A program made the position numbers and the translations under genes. Positions 44,357 to 60,451 of a DNA stretch of 64,000 bases are shown one piece after another. Origin of the DNA: the human T2T-CHM13v2.0 reference genome, Homo sapiens; NCBI RefSeq assembly GCF_009914755.1, contig NC_060932.1; one strand, given 5' to 3'. A model generated the notes under the pieces. That model ran no database searches. It was not told the origin of the DNA and saw nothing but the letters and a program-made list of their open reading frames with translations. Numbering within the stretch: the first letter of the stretch is position 1; each line of letters opens with the position of its first letter.

Positions 44357-45854
44357 TCACGTTTAATACATTCTTGAATTGCTGGGAAAGATGGCAGAAT
44401 AGGCACAGCTCCAGCCTGTAGCTCCCAGCAAGACCAATGCAGAAGGCAGGTGATTTCTATATTTCCAACTGAGGTACCCTCTTCATCTCATTGGGACTGG
44501 TTAGGCAGTGGATGCAGCCCATGGAGGGCGAGCAGAAGCAGGGTGGGGTGTCACCTTGCCCAGGAAGTGCAAGGAGCGGGGTTAGGGGGGGTCTCCTTTT
44601 CCCAGCCAAGGGAAGCTGTGAGGGACTGTGCTATATAGCCCAGATACTACACTTTCACCATGGCTTTTGCAGTCCACAGACCAGGAGATTCTCTCATGTG
44701 TTTACACCACCAGGGCCCTGGTTTCAAGCATAAAACTGGGCAGCTGTTCAGGCAGACACTGAGCTAGCACAGGAGTTTCCAGTGGTGCCTGGAACCCCAG
44801 TGAGACAGAGCTGTTGACTCCCCTGGAAAGGGTGCTGAAGCCAGTGAGCCAAGTGGTCTTTCTCAGTGGGTCCCACTCCCATGGAGTCGACCAAACTAAG
44901 AACCACTGGCTTGAAATTCTCACTGTCAGCACAGAAGTCTGAAGTTGACCTGGTACAATTAAGCTTGGTGGGGGAGGGGGACATCCACCATTACTGAGGC
45001 TTGAGTAGGCAGTTTTTCCCTGACAACACTAAGGAGGCCTGGAAGTTTGGACTGGGCAGAACTCAACACAGCACAGCAAAGTGGCTGTGGCCAGACTGCC
45101 TCTCTAGATTCCTCCTCAATGGGCAGGGCATCTCCAAAAGAAAGCAGCAGCCCCCGTCAGGGGCTTAAAGATAAAACTCACATCTCCCTGGGACAGAGCA
45201 CCTGGGGGAAGGCGCAGCTTCAGTGGACTTAAACATCCCTGCCTTCCTGCTCTGAAGAGATCAGCAGATCCTAACAAGGAGGGTTCTCCCAGCACAGTGC
45301 TCGAGCACTGCTAAGGAACAGACTGCCTCCTCAAGTGGGTCCCTGACCCCAGTGCCTCCTGACTGGGAGAGACCTCCCAACAGGAGTTGACAGACACATC
45401 ACAGAGGAGAGCTCTGGCTGGCATCATGTCAGTGCCCCTCTGGGATGAAGCTTCCAGAGGAAGAAGCAGGCAGCAATCTTTGCTGTTCTGCAGCCTCTGC
45501 TGGTGATACCTAGGCAAATAGGGTCTGGAGTGGACCTCCAGCAAACTGCAGAAGAGAGGCCTGACTGCTACAAGATAAACTAACAAACAGAAAGCAATAA
45601 CGTCAACATCAGCAAAAAGGACCCCGACACAGAAACCCCATCCAAAGATCATCAGCCTCAAAAATCAAAGGTAGATGAATCCAGGAAGATGAGGAAAAAC
45701 TAGTGCAAAAAGGCTGAAAATTCCTAAAATCAAAACGTCTCTTCTTCAAATGATCGCAACTCTTCTCCAGCAAGGGCATAAAACTGGACAGAGAATGAGT
45801 TTGACAAATTGACAGAAATAGGCTTCAGAAGATGGGTAATAACAAACTCCTCTG

Positions 45855-46975
45855 TGTTGCAGGAAGTCAGGGACCCCGAATGGAGGGACCGGCTGGAGCT
45901 GAGGCAGAAGAACATAAATTGTAAAGATTTCATGGACTTTTATCCGTTCCCAAAATTAATACTTTTATAATTTCTTACACCTGTCTTTACTGCAATCTCT
46001 GAACACAAATTGTGAAGATTTCATGGACATTTATCACTTCCCCAATCAATACTCTTATAATTTCTTATGCCTGTCTTTACTTTAATCTCTTAATCCTGTT
46101 ATCTTTGTAAGCTGAGAACATATGTTGCCTCAGGACCACTATTGACAAACTGATTGTAGAACATGTGTTTGAACAATATGAAATCTAATTGTAAAAAATA
46201 TGTGTTTGCACAGTATGAAATCAGTACACCCTGAAAAAGAACAGAATAACAGCAATTTTCAGGGAACAAGGGAAGATAACCATAAGGTCTGACTGCCTGT
46301 GGGGTTGGGCAGAATAGAGCCATATTTTTTGTCTTGCAGGGAGCCTATAAATGGAAGTGCAAGTAGGAGAAATATCGCTGAATTCTTTTCCCAGCAAGGA
46401 ATGTTAATAATTGAGACCCCAGGGAAGGAATGCATTCCTGGGGGTAGGTCTGTAGACAGCCGCTCTGGGAGTGTCTGTCTTATGCAGTTGAGATTAGGAC
46501 TGAAATATGCCCTGGTCTCCTGCAGTACCCTCAGGCTTACTAGGATTGGGAAATTCCAGCCTGGTAAATTCTAGTCAGATGGGTTGTCTGCTCTCAAGTC
46601 AGACCAGTTGTCTGCTCTCAAACCCTGTTTCCTGTTAAGATGTTTATCAAGACAATGCATGCACAGCGGGACATGGACCCTCATCAGTAATTCTAATTTT
46701 GCCTTTGCCTTGTGATCTTTACAGCCTTTTGAACCATGTGATCCTTGTGACCTACTCCCTGTTTGTACACCTCCTCCCCTTTCAAAATCCCTAATAAAAA
46801 CTTGCTGGTTTTACAGCTCGAGGTCACCATCACAGTCCTACCAATATGTGATGACACCTCAGGAGGCCCAGCTGTAAAATTTCTCTCTTTGTACTCTTTA
46901 TTTCTCAGACTGGACGACACTTAGGGAAAAATAGAAAGAACCTATATTGAAATATTGGGGGCTGGTTCCCTGATA
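45855..46975 (+). mobile_element. MER11 (HERV-K11/HML-8) solo LTR inserted in L1 ORF1
   Basis: TGTTGCAGGAAGTCAGGGACCCCGAA...GGGGGCTGGTTCCCTGATA; 6-bp TSD CCTCT(G/A); AATAAA at 46793. Confidence 0.9.
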
Positions 46976-48965
46976 CCTCTAAGCTAAAGGAGCATGTTCT
47001 AACCCATCGCAGGGAAGCTAAGAACCTTGACAAAAGGTTACAGGAACTGCTAACTAGAATAAGCTGTTTAGAGAAGAACATAAATGATCTGATGGAGCTG
47101 AAAAACACAGCACAAGAACTTGGTGAAGCATACAAAGTATCAATAGATGAATTGATCAAACAGAAGAAAGGATATCAGAGTTTGAAGACCAACTTACTGA
47201 AATAAAGTGTGAAGACAAGACTAGAGAAAAAAGAATGAAAAGGAATGAACAAAGCCTCCAAGAAATATGGGACTATGTGAAAAGACCAAACCTACAATTG
47301 ATTGGGGTCCCTGAAAGTGACAGGGAGAATGGAACCAAGTTGGAAAACACACATCAGGATATTATCCAGAAAAACTTCTCCAACCTAGCAAGACAGGCCA
47401 ACATTCAAATTCAGGAAATACAGAGAACACCAAGATACTCCTCGAGAACAGCAACCCCAAGACACATAATCATCAGGTTCTCCAAGGTTAAAACAGAGGA
47501 AAAAATGTTAAGGGCAGCCAGAGAGAAAGATCAGGTTACCCATAAAGGGAAGCCCATCAGACTAGCAGTGGATCTCTCTGCAGAAACCATACAAGCCAGA
47601 AGAGAGTGGGGGCCAATATTCAACATTCTTAAAGAAAAGAATTTTCAAACCAGAATTTCATATCCAGCCAAACTAAGCTTCATAAGCGAAGGAGAAATAA
47701 AAGCCTTTACATACAAGCAAATGCTGAGGGATTTTGTCACCACCAGGCCTGCCTTACAAGAACTCCTGAAGGAAGCACTAAATATGGAAAGGAAAAACTG
47801 GTACCAGCCACTGCAAAAACACACCAAAATATAATGACTATCGACACAATGAAGAAACTGCATCAATGAATGTGCAAAATAACCAGCTAGTGTCATGATG
47901 ACAGGATCAAATTCACACATAACAATATTAATCTTAAATGTAAATGGGCTAAATGCCCCAATTAAAAGGCACAGATTGGCAAATTGGATAAAGAATCAAG
48001 ACCCATTGCTGTGCTGTATTCATCAGACTCATCTCATGTGCAAAGACACACATAGGCTCAAAATAAAGGAATGGAGGAATATTTACCAAGCAAATGGAAA
48101 GCAAGAAATGCAGGAGTTGCAATCCTAGTCTCTGATAAAACATATTTTAAACCAACAAAGGTCAAAAAAGACAAAGAAGGGCATTACATAATGGTAAAGG
48201 GATCAATGCAACAAGAAGAGCTAACTATCCTAAATATATATGCACCCAGTACAGGAGCACCCAGATGCATAAAACAAGTTCTTAGAGACCTACAAAGAGA
48301 CTTAGCCTCCCACACAATAATAGTGAGAGAATTTAACATCCCACTGTCAATATTAGACAGATCAATGAGACAGAAAATTAACAAGGATATTCAGGACTTG
48401 AACTCAGCTTTGGACCAAGCAGACCTAATAGATATCTACAGAACTCTCCACCCCAAATCAACAGAATATACGTTCTTCTCAGCACCACATTGCACTTATT
48501 CTAAAATCGACCACAAAATTGGAAGTAAAACACTCCTCAGCAAATGCAAAAGAGTGGAAATCCTAACAAACAGTCTCTCAGACCACAGTGCAATAAAATT
48601 AGAACTCAGGATTAGGAAACTCACTCAAAACTGTACAACTACATGGAAACTGAACCACCTGCTCCTGGATGACTACTGGGTAAATAATGAAATTAAGGCA
48701 GAAATAATGAAGTTCTTTGAAACCAATGAGAACAAAGAAACAACTTACTGTAATCTCTGGGACAGAGCTAAAGCAGTGTTTAGAGGGAAATTTATAGCAC
48801 TAAATGCCCACATCAGAAAGTGGGAAAGCTCTAATATCGACATCCTAAAATCACAATTAAAAGAACTAGAGAAGGAAGAGCAAACAAATAAAAGCTAGCA
48901 GAAGACAAGAAATAACTAAGATCAGAGCAGAACTGAAGAAGATAGAGATACGAAAAACCCTTTAA

Positions 48966-49595
<630 letters not shown>

Positions 49596-52126
49596 TTAAT
49601 AGCCTACCAACCAAAAAAAGCCCAGGACTAGACAGATTCACAGCTGAATTCTACCAGAGGTACAAAGAGGAGATTGTACCATTCCTTCTGAAATGAATCC
49701 AAACAATAGCAAAAGAGGGACTCCTCCCTAACTCATTTTATGAGGCCAGTATCATCCTGATTTCAAAACCTGACAGACACACATCAAAAAAAGAAAATTT
49801 CAGGCCAACATCTCTGATAAACATCGATGCAAAAATCCTCAGTAAAACACGGGCAAACTGAATCCAGCAGCACATCAAAAGCCAAGACAAAGTTGGCTTC
49901 CTCCCTGGGATGCAAGGCTGGTCCAACATATGTAAATCAATAAATGTAATCCATCACATAAACAGAACCAATGACAAAAACCACATGATTATCTCAATAG
50001 ATGCAGAAAAGGCCTTTGACAAAATTCAACACCGCTTCATGCTAAAAACTCTCAATGAACTATGTATTGATGGCACATATCTCAAAATAATAAGAGCTAT
50101 TTATGACAAACCCATAGCCAATATCATACTGAATGAGCAAAAGCTGGAAGCAATCCCTTTGAAAACCAGCACAAGGCAAGGATGACCTCTCTCACCACTC
50201 CTATTCAACATAGTATTGGAAGTTCTGGCCAGGGCAATCAGGCCAGAGAAAGAAACAAAGGGTATTCAAATAGGAAGAGAGGAAGTCAAATTGTCCTGTT
50301 TGCAGATGACATGATTGCATATTTAGAAAACCCCACCATCTCAGCCCCAAAACTTCTTAAGCGGATAAACAACTTCAGCAAAGTCTCAGGATACAAAATT
50401 AATGTGCAAAAATCATGAGCATTCCTATACAACAATAATAGACAAGCTGAGAGCCAAATCATGAGTGAACTCCCATTCACAATTGCTACTAAGAGAATAA
50501 AATACCTAGGAATCCAACCTACAAGGGACGTGAAGGACCTCTTCAAGGAAAACTACAAACCACTGCTCAAGGAAATAAGAGAGGACACAAACAAATGGAA
50601 AAAAATTCCGTGCTCATGGATAGGAAGAATCAATATCACGAAAAAGTAATTTTTAGGTTCAATGCTATTCCCATCAAGCTACCATTGACTTTCTTCACAG
50701 AACTAAAAAAACTACTTTAAATTTCATATGGAACCAAAAAAGAGCCCATATGGCTAAAACAATCCTAAGCAAAAAGAACAAAGCGGGAGGCATCACGCTA
50801 CCTGACTTCAAACTATACTACAACCAAAACAGCATGGTACTGGTACCAAAACAGATATATAGACCAATGGAACAGAACAGAGGCCTCAGAAATAACACCA
50901 CACATCTACAACCATCTGATCTTCGACAAACCTGACAAAAATAAGCAATGGGGAAAGGATTCCCTATTTAATAAGTGGTGCTGGGAAAACTGGGTAGCCA
51001 TATGCAGAAAACAGGAACTGGACTCCTTCCTTACGCCTTACACAAAAATTAGCTCAGGATGGATTAAAGACTTAAATGTAAAACCTAAAACCATAAAAAC
51101 CCTAGAAGAAAACCTAGGCAATACCATTCAGGACGTAGGCATGGGCAAAGACTTCTTGACTAAAATACCAAAAGCAATGGCAACAAAAGCCAAAACTGAC
51201 AAATGGGATCTAATTAACAGCCACATGTGGAGTTCTTATGGTAAGAATTTACTTCCTGCAGTAAGCAGTCCTTTGTCATCTGCCATGATCCACCTAATAT
51301 GGGTAAGGATCAGACTAATGAGCTAAGTGCATATTAGAGGAGCACCACATCTCTGCCTCCTGTTAGTTTCTGAGGGTGGCACTACACTCTGCCATTTCCC
51401 CTAGGAAGTGACTTTGGTATTGAATTACTATCTTGACTGGGTCAGTGGTGTGGACAGTGAGTGGTTTGCGCTTTGCTATTACAGCAGCTCTTACTGCACA
51501 GATCAAGAAATCTATGTGGGGGTTCTGCCAATTACTAAGTATGTTCATTTCAGTCTTACATTCTGGAAGCAAGGTAAACACTCCTGGGTGGACTTGTGGA
51601 TCCAGTGGACCCATGTGAAATGGACCTGAGTCCACGCTTTGTTTATTCCTTGGTCCCCGTAAGTCCTTACTCAAAGGGAGGACAATGATGGCATTTTGAG
51701 TCTCCAGATATCAGTACCAACTCAAACTTGCTCTGACAGCCTTCAAAAAGTCTGGGCATTCTCTTTCCCCAGAATACAGTTACGCAAGTGACTGCAGATT
51801 TTCATAGGTTTTTTTGAGGGAAGCCTAGGAAGGGGGCTGTCATTGTTTATACACCTTTGTTGCAGAATTCCAGGCCCGTCCTCAGAGGACTTGGTCTCTG
51901 AGAACTAGCTCTAGTCTGAAAATTAGACAAAGGATTTCCACTGGAGCAGCTGACCCCAGCTTTCTGCTTATCTGTTCTTGCTATCTTTTGATTATATATA
52001 CATATAATTATATAATCTGTATATAAATTATATGTATATTACATACTATATATATTTGATTATTATATATAATAGCAGTATCTTTATGGGCTACCTATCT
52101 GTTTTGCTCTAGAAGTACTAAACTCT

Positions 52127-53080
52127 TTTTAAAAAAATATTTTCAACTTTCATTTTAGATTCAAGGGGTGCACATGCAGGTTTGTTACATGAATATATTT
52201 TGTGATGCTGAGGTTTGGGATGCCAATGATCCCATCAGCCAGGTAGTGCGCATAGTACCCAACAGTTAGCTTTTCAACCCTTGCTCCTCTCTCTCCCTCC
52301 CCTCTCTAGTAGTCTCTAGTGTCTATTGTTACCATTTTTATGTCCATGAATACCCATTTACAAGTGAGAACATGTGATTTTTGGTTTTCTGTTCCTGTGT
52401 TAATTTGCTTAGGGTAATGGCCTCCAGCTGCATCCATATTGCTGTAAAGGACATGATTTTCTTCTTGTTTTATGGCTGCATAGTATTCCATGGTGTATTG
52501 GTCCATTCTCACATTGCTATAAATAAATACCTGAGACTGGGTAATTTATAAAGAAAAGAGGTTTAATTGGCTCTCGGTTCTGCAGGCTGTACAGGAAGCA
52601 TAGGGGCATCTGCTTCTAGGGAGGCCTCAGGAAGCTTCCAATCATGGCAGAAGGCAAAAGGGGAGTGAGGAGTGTCACATGACAGGGGCAGGGGCAAGAG
52701 AGAGTGAGTAGGGAGGTGCCACACACTTTTAAATGATCAAATCCCGTGAGAACTAACTCACTACTGTGAGTACAGTACCAAGGCAGAGATGGTGCTAAAC
52801 TATTCATGAGAAATTGCCTTCATGATCCAGTCACCGCCCACCAGGCCCCACCTCCAACATTGGGAATTACAATTTGACATGAGATTTGGTGGGGACATAG
52901 ATCCAAGCCATATCACATGGTATATAGATACCACATTTTCTTTATCCAGTCCACTGTTGATTGGCACCTAGGTGTATTCTATTTCTTTGCTATTGTGAAT
53001 AGTGTTGTGATGAACATATATGTGCATGTGTCTTTTTGGTAGAACAATTTATTTTGGATATATACCCAGTAGCAGGATTT
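52127..53080 (-). mobile_element. 5'-truncated L1 (L1PA13-16/PB-like) 3' end
   Basis: Reverse L1 3' UTR; TSD GAAGTACT(A/G)AA(C/T)TCT. Confidence 0.85.
52494..52915 (-). mobile_element. MSTA-like solo LTR nested in L1
   Basis: TGTATTGGTCC...CCATATCA; 5-bp TSD CATGG. Confidence 0.9.
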
Positions 53081-53578
53081 GAAGTACTGAATTCTAAGAG
53101 CCATCCCCAGAGAGCCCAGTGGCTCAGGTCTCTGGCTGCCAGTGCTGAAATTCCTCCCATTTGCTTCTGCTATTTGGGGGCTTCTAGCATCTTTATTCTA
53201 CTAGGTTGCTCAGTAACAATATCTCTAACCTTCAGCTCCAGCTAGTAGACGGCAGACACTACTGAGATCCTCAGTGATGCTTCTGGCCAGTAAATTTGTT
53301 ACCATCTCAGTGAGCCACGTCTCACTTGGTCCGTCCCCAAGGATATTTCCAACCAATGGCTCTTATTTCCCCAGCAGGCCCACTTCTCTGCATCTTTTGA
53401 TCCCTTCCTCCAAAGTCTGTCATGGGGTATTTGAGCATTTCTCCTTCATTTAATATGGCTACCTTAGCACTATGTAAGAACCTGGAAATGTTTCCTTGGG
53501 CCCTTGATAGGGTGTCAGCTCTTGTGTCATGGGAGAGTTCTTCCTAATTGGTGGGCTCTGCTTATCCAGCTGTGTCTG

Positions 53579-54003
<425 letters not shown>

Positions 54004-55119
54004 ACAGCTGTGTCTTTCTGTCTCTCATCTCAATCCAGTCCCTAAGACGTCGCTCCCGATTCTGCTCTCCTGATACTGGCCAGCCACTTGGGCCAGGCAC
54101 TGTAACACTGCTGCCTCATAATTTCTGTTCTTCCTCAGCAGTCCCATAACTTTCTTGGTAGGACCATGCTGAGATTTGATGCTAGTTATTGGCATGGTGG
54201 CTGGGAGAAGGGAGCATATCTTGAGGAAGGCAAGGGTAAAGTTGAAGGACCTCCTTTGAGGCTTAGTATGGTCTTCAAGTATGGGGAGGAGCCACTATTC
54301 CAGAAAGGAGGGCTTTCTTCCCTAACAAAGGAGAGTGGCCCAAGACAAGCTGGAGGATCAAGAGTCTCAACTGTACCAACCTGGGTTCTCTGCCCTAGTT
54401 CCCGGGTCCCACCGCTTCCTTACCAGGGTCTTTAGAGCTCAAGATAAAAAGTAAAAAAACTAAATTGTTTTAATTACTGAAATAAATAACTGGAGAAACA
54501 AGCAGATTAGGAAGGAGGTTTTCCCTAGGTCTTTACTGGAATAGTGAAGTTAGTTTCTCACTTTTAAGGTTGAAATGCACATCAGAAATACCCCATCTGT
54601 TTTTCTTTGTATCTGACACCTTGTGCCAAATTGGCATGCAATAGTGGATTACTTTTCTTTTTTTTGAGACAGAGTCTCTCACTGTCTGCAGTTCTGAGAT
54701 TCTTTGAATTAAGCTCTGTGCTTCTCTTCAGCTCTGTCTGTCCTACATCTACAGGTGATGAGGGTCTTTTTAAATAGCACCAAGGCTGCCCTTTGACCTT
54801 CACAGTTTGCTTTATATGGGGATTAACCAAACTGAGCCAGTCATTTTCTTCCTCTAATGCATCAAGGGTATCCAGAAACAGCGCCAACCAATTCCACAGT
54901 TTTTATAATTACCATTTCTCCTGTATATGTCATATGCAGGGATGTTGTACCAATCAGCGCATCCCATCCCAGCTCATCACAGGGGGATGTTTGAACAACT
55001 CCATTGATATAACATGCCAAACTTTTTTGCTAGGAGGGTCCTCCTTGATAGCAGTTGATTCAATTCCAGACTTCCTTCCTTAGAACCTGCCTTGTAGGCC
55101 CATTCCTAGTGTCAACAAC

Positions 55120-55854
55120 TGTCTTAGATCAGATTCCCCAGCAGCAGAGCCTGAGATGAGATCTAAGTGTATGAGATCTATTAATATTGGGTTTGCCTGA
55201 TCTTATGACTTACTTGGTAATCTGAGAGTCCTCATCTCATATGGGAAGTTCGGTTGTGTATTTACTTGATGTCCCATAGTCAGATGCTCCAGGGCCTGGT
55301 GAGATGTTAGGAGGTGATTTTCTATTGTGGATAGCAGAATCTTGCTCCGGAGATCTAGAAGCATGCCTGCATCTGTTGTACATCTACTATCGTGGGAACT
55401 TCTGGGTCCTATGGTCCAAGTAGTGGAGCTTGGCTGTGCTTCAGAGCCCCTTCTTATTCTGGGCCACTTAAAACTAGCAGCCTAAACACTAGCAGTTATA
55501 TGGACATCACTCCATAAAAAATGGGTTGATTGTTAAAAACCTATAAGGCAGAGAGAGGGAAGCTTTAGGGAAGGGGTAAGAGCTAAGCAAGGGTTTGGCT
55601 AAGTAAAGTCTCACTTTGACATGATGGGGGAGGAGGGGTCATTTTAGAGCTGAAATTGTATCACAGAGTTGTCCCCCTTGTATCCTGAGTCAAATAGACA
55701 TTGGCCACCAGGGCGGTTATCACTGGCTCTAGTAAGGCAAGCAGAAGTCTTTGGAGAAGACCACAGGGGTAAACCGTTAGCAATCACTTGCAGTAGCTGG
55801 GGACAAGGTATCAGTAGGTAGAGGTCTGGGCAGGGCATCAACAGTATCTATGCA
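55120..55854 (-). mobile_element. ERVL-class LTR (LTR33/LTR16-like) containing an inserted pol fragment
   Basis: TGTCTTAGATCAGATTCCCCAGCAGCAGAGCCTGAGA...GGGCAGGGCATCAACAGTATCTATGCA; adjoins the internal region. Confidence 0.6.
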
Positions 55855-55910
55855 TCCTCATTTTCACTGAAGACACAGGAAACAGAAACATTTTAAAAAG
55901 TCACCCATAT

Positions 55911-55985
55911 CCGTGCCACTGCACTCTAGCCTGGGAGACAGAGCGAGAATCCATCTCAAAAAAACCAAAAAAACAAAAAAAATAT
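55911..55985 (+). mobile_element. Severely 5'-truncated Alu
   Basis: Last ~47 nt of Alu plus A-rich tail; TSD AGTCACCCATA. Confidence 0.85.
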
Positions 55986-55992
55986 ACAGTCA

Positions 55993-56412
<420 letters not shown>

Positions 56413-57540
56413 TTATTAACCTATTTCTTATATCGATTGTCACTAGCACTTCTCATTCACCATAAGATTTTTAGAAACATATTTTTAATGCAATATAAAT
56501 ATTTAAACACTTATCATCATAATGAAAAGTTAAATTTAAGAACAAGAAGCAACCTCTAATTTCATATGACATTTTCAAAAATAAGGGTGTGGCTAGGGCT
56601 TTCCTGGGGATACCAAGTCCATACCATCCCTGGTCAGCCTGTAAACTGGAGGAGATGGAGGGTCTGTGCATGTACATTCCTGGATAATGGGTCGATGAGG
56701 ACTGTTAAGGGCCAATATTATACTAGGGTCAAAAACTTTGAATGTCAGCATGGGAAGGCAGGTAACACAAACAGGTGCGATGTCATACCAACAGAAAGGA
56801 AAGATGCCCCAAAAGGATAGTTGCTGAAGCAAATACTGCCATGCAGTGCCTTCTGATGACTTGAGTAAGAATTGTGTGTGTGATGTGTATGAAACCTCTT
56901 GAGTTTTAAGGATTGGCCCATTTTCTTCAGACAGGGTTCAGGTCACATTCAGCAGTGAGTGGCAGCCTCAGTTCAGATGTGTGCACTGAACTCTGTGCTG
57001 TTTGGGAGCAGTCACAGAATGCTGTCCTCACACTCAGAGGCCTCATATGCTGCATGCAGGTGACAGATTAAGAAATCAGGTTGTACAATCACAGCATCTG
57101 GGTCTCTAATCTTTTAATCTCAGTACTTTCTGAATTTTGGCCCTATCGAATCATTCTTGCAGCAGCCTCAGCCCTTACCTCAGCTTCAAATTAAGTCTCA
57201 GGACCTGGCTACGCTACTTGCCTTGGGAGGGTCAACAGTGAACATCCCTGTTGAAAAGGCAGCCTCTTTAACAAGGCCAAGCTTTATTTTTTTTTCTAGA
57301 AAAAAATTATGTACATGTTAAAATAAATATGGGAACGTCAACTTCTAATAACGGCAATATGGTGTAGAAGAAAGAGCTGCATTAGCCATCATTTTCAATA
57401 CAGAAGAAGGGGAAACAATTACAGAAAAAAAAGAGATTTAAAATTAATAAAAGAGTATTATAAATAGCTATATGATAACTGAAAACTGGAATGAAATTAC
57501 TACATTCCTAGAAAAATATACAGTTTAAAAATTAATGCAA

Positions 57541-58494
57541 GACAACAAAAGAAACTATCAACAGAGTAAACAGACAACCTACAGAATGAGAGAAAATATT
57601 TGAAAGCCCTGTGTCCAACAAAGAACTAATATCCAGAATCTATAAAGAACTTAAACAAATCAACAGGAAAAAAACAAATAACCTCATTAAAAGTGAGCAA
57701 AAGATGAAAACACGCTTCTCAAAAGAAGACATACAAGTGGCCAACAAACATATGAAAAAATACTCAACGTCACTAATCATCAGAGAGATGCAAATCAAAA
57801 TCACAATGAGATACTATCTCATACCAGTCAGAATGGCTATTATTAGTCAGCAAAAAACAGATATTGGTGAGATTGCAGAGAAAGGGGACACCTATACACA
57901 GTTGGTGGGAATGCAGATTCAGCCATTGTGGAAAGAAGTTCTGAGATTTCTCAAGAACTAAAAATAGAACTGCCATTTGACCCAGTAATCCCATTACTGA
58001 GTATATACTCAAAGGAAAATAAATCATTCTATCAAAAAGACACATGCACTTATATGTTTATAGCAGCACTATTCACAATAGCAAATACATACAATCAACC
58101 CAGGTGTCCATTAACAGTGGATTGGATAAAGAAACTGTGGTACCTATACACCATGCAATACTACGCAGCCATAAAAAAGAGCAAAATCACGTACTTTGCA
58201 GCTGGACGCCATTATTTTAAGCAAATTAATGTAGAAACAGAAAACCAAATACTTCATGTTCTCACTTATAAGTGGGAGCTAAACATAAGGTACATATGGA
58301 CACAAAAATGGGAATAATAAACACTGGGGATTCCAAAAAGGGGGAGGCAGAGAAGGGGTAAGGGTTGAAAAACTATCAGGTACTATGTTCGCTATTTTGC
58401 AACAGAATCATTTAGAAGCCCAAACTTCAGTATCAGGCAATATACCTACATAAAAAACATGCACATGTAACCCCTGAGTCTAAAATTAAAAAAT
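57541..58494 (+). mobile_element. 5'-truncated L1PB-like 3' end
   Basis: ORF2 C-terminus plus 3' UTR; TSD AAAATT(A/T)ATGCAA at 57528-57540 and 58495-58507. Confidence 0.87.
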
Positions 58495-58916
58495 AAAATT
58501 TATGCAACGGAAAATAGAGAACTTGAATCAACCAATGTGAATTAAATGAGTGAAAATAATGATCAAAGTACCTCCCTCTCAAAAGCCTACAAGCCCATGC
58601 AGTAAAGTTTGCCAAACTTTTTATGTACAAATTTGGTAAATTTGTACCAATTCCAGTTTTATACAAGTTATATCACAAAGTTGAAAAATCATATTTATAA
58701 GTTTAGAAACCCTTGGAAAATTTGGACTGCAAGGAAACTTTCTTCATTTGATAAAGTTTATGTAGCAAAAGACCTATAATAAACTTTAAACTTAATTAAG
58801 AAGCTTTATGCACATTTCTTTTAAAAACAAGAACAAGATATATATGCTCACTATTACCACTAGTGAAGATCCTAACCGATATTGAAAGGAAAGTGAAGTA
58901 AGAGATGTAAAGATTG

Positions 58917-59228
<312 letters not shown>

Positions 59229-59992
59229 AGAGATGTAAAGATTGGAGGTGATGCAGTGGATAAGATCACCTACCTAGAAAACCTGACATATTCAACAGAT
59301 AAACTATCAGAACTAATGAAAAATCAGCAACTTTCTCAGATATGAGAATAGCCTATAAAAATCAAAAGCATTTCTCTAATAAGTAATAATCAACTTGAAA
59401 AAATTTGTTAATAAGATTGTACTCACAAACAGCAGCAAAAACTGTAATGATATCTAGGAATTAACCAAGAATGCACAAGACCTCTATGGAGAAAAAATTT
59501 AAAACTATTAAAAGACATTAAAAATCATTCAAATAAATTATCACTCTATTCTTTTGCATAGGATGAGGGGGTGATTTAATATCATAAAGATGTCAAATCT
59601 TCTTGAAAGAACCCATAAATGTGTTCAATACCCCTAAAACCCAGATTTTTAAGTGAACTTTTATACATGTAAAAATTATATGATGGAATTAAAGTCTAAA
59701 GTCCATTTAACTCAATCTTAAAAACAATGCCTTTTCTACTAGACATTAATAAAACTACAAAGCACTACTTAGAAAAACCATTAGTACTGGTGCATGGACA
59801 GACAAGACCAATGGAACAAAATAGTGAGTCCAGAGACTCACGTAGATATAACAACTTAAAATATGATGAAGGAGGAATAATAAGGAACAAACAGATAGGC
59901 TCAACATGCGGAGAATATCAAAAATAGATTAGTACTCAATGCCACATATGAAGGTGGAGTCTAGATGGATTAAAAGCCTACAAGAAATATAA

Positions 59993-60322
<330 letters not shown>

Positions 60323-60408
60323 TAAAAAACAAACTAGTGGCTTGATTCCATCAAAATGACAGAATTAAGAAGATGGTAAGCTGGGAGAAGATATTTGCTG
60401 TATGTAAT

Positions 60409-60451
60409 ATCAGATGAGATAGGGCGCATTCAGGGTGGTATGGTCGTAGGT
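60409..60451 (-). pseudogene. Tailless 5S rRNA retropseudogene (5' ~43 nt)
   Basis: Minus strand ACCTACGACCATACCACCCTGAATGCGCCCTATCTCATCTGAT vs 5S GTCTACGGCCATACCACCCTGAACGCGCCCGATCTCGTCTGAT; 16-bp TSD GCTGTATGTAATATCA. Confidence 0.92.

Noticed and set aside
57541-58494. L1 3' piece starting almost where the 44382-51217 L1 stops, suggesting one split element
   Set aside because: It has its own TSD and an older (L1PB-like) 3' UTR, so it is an independent insertion
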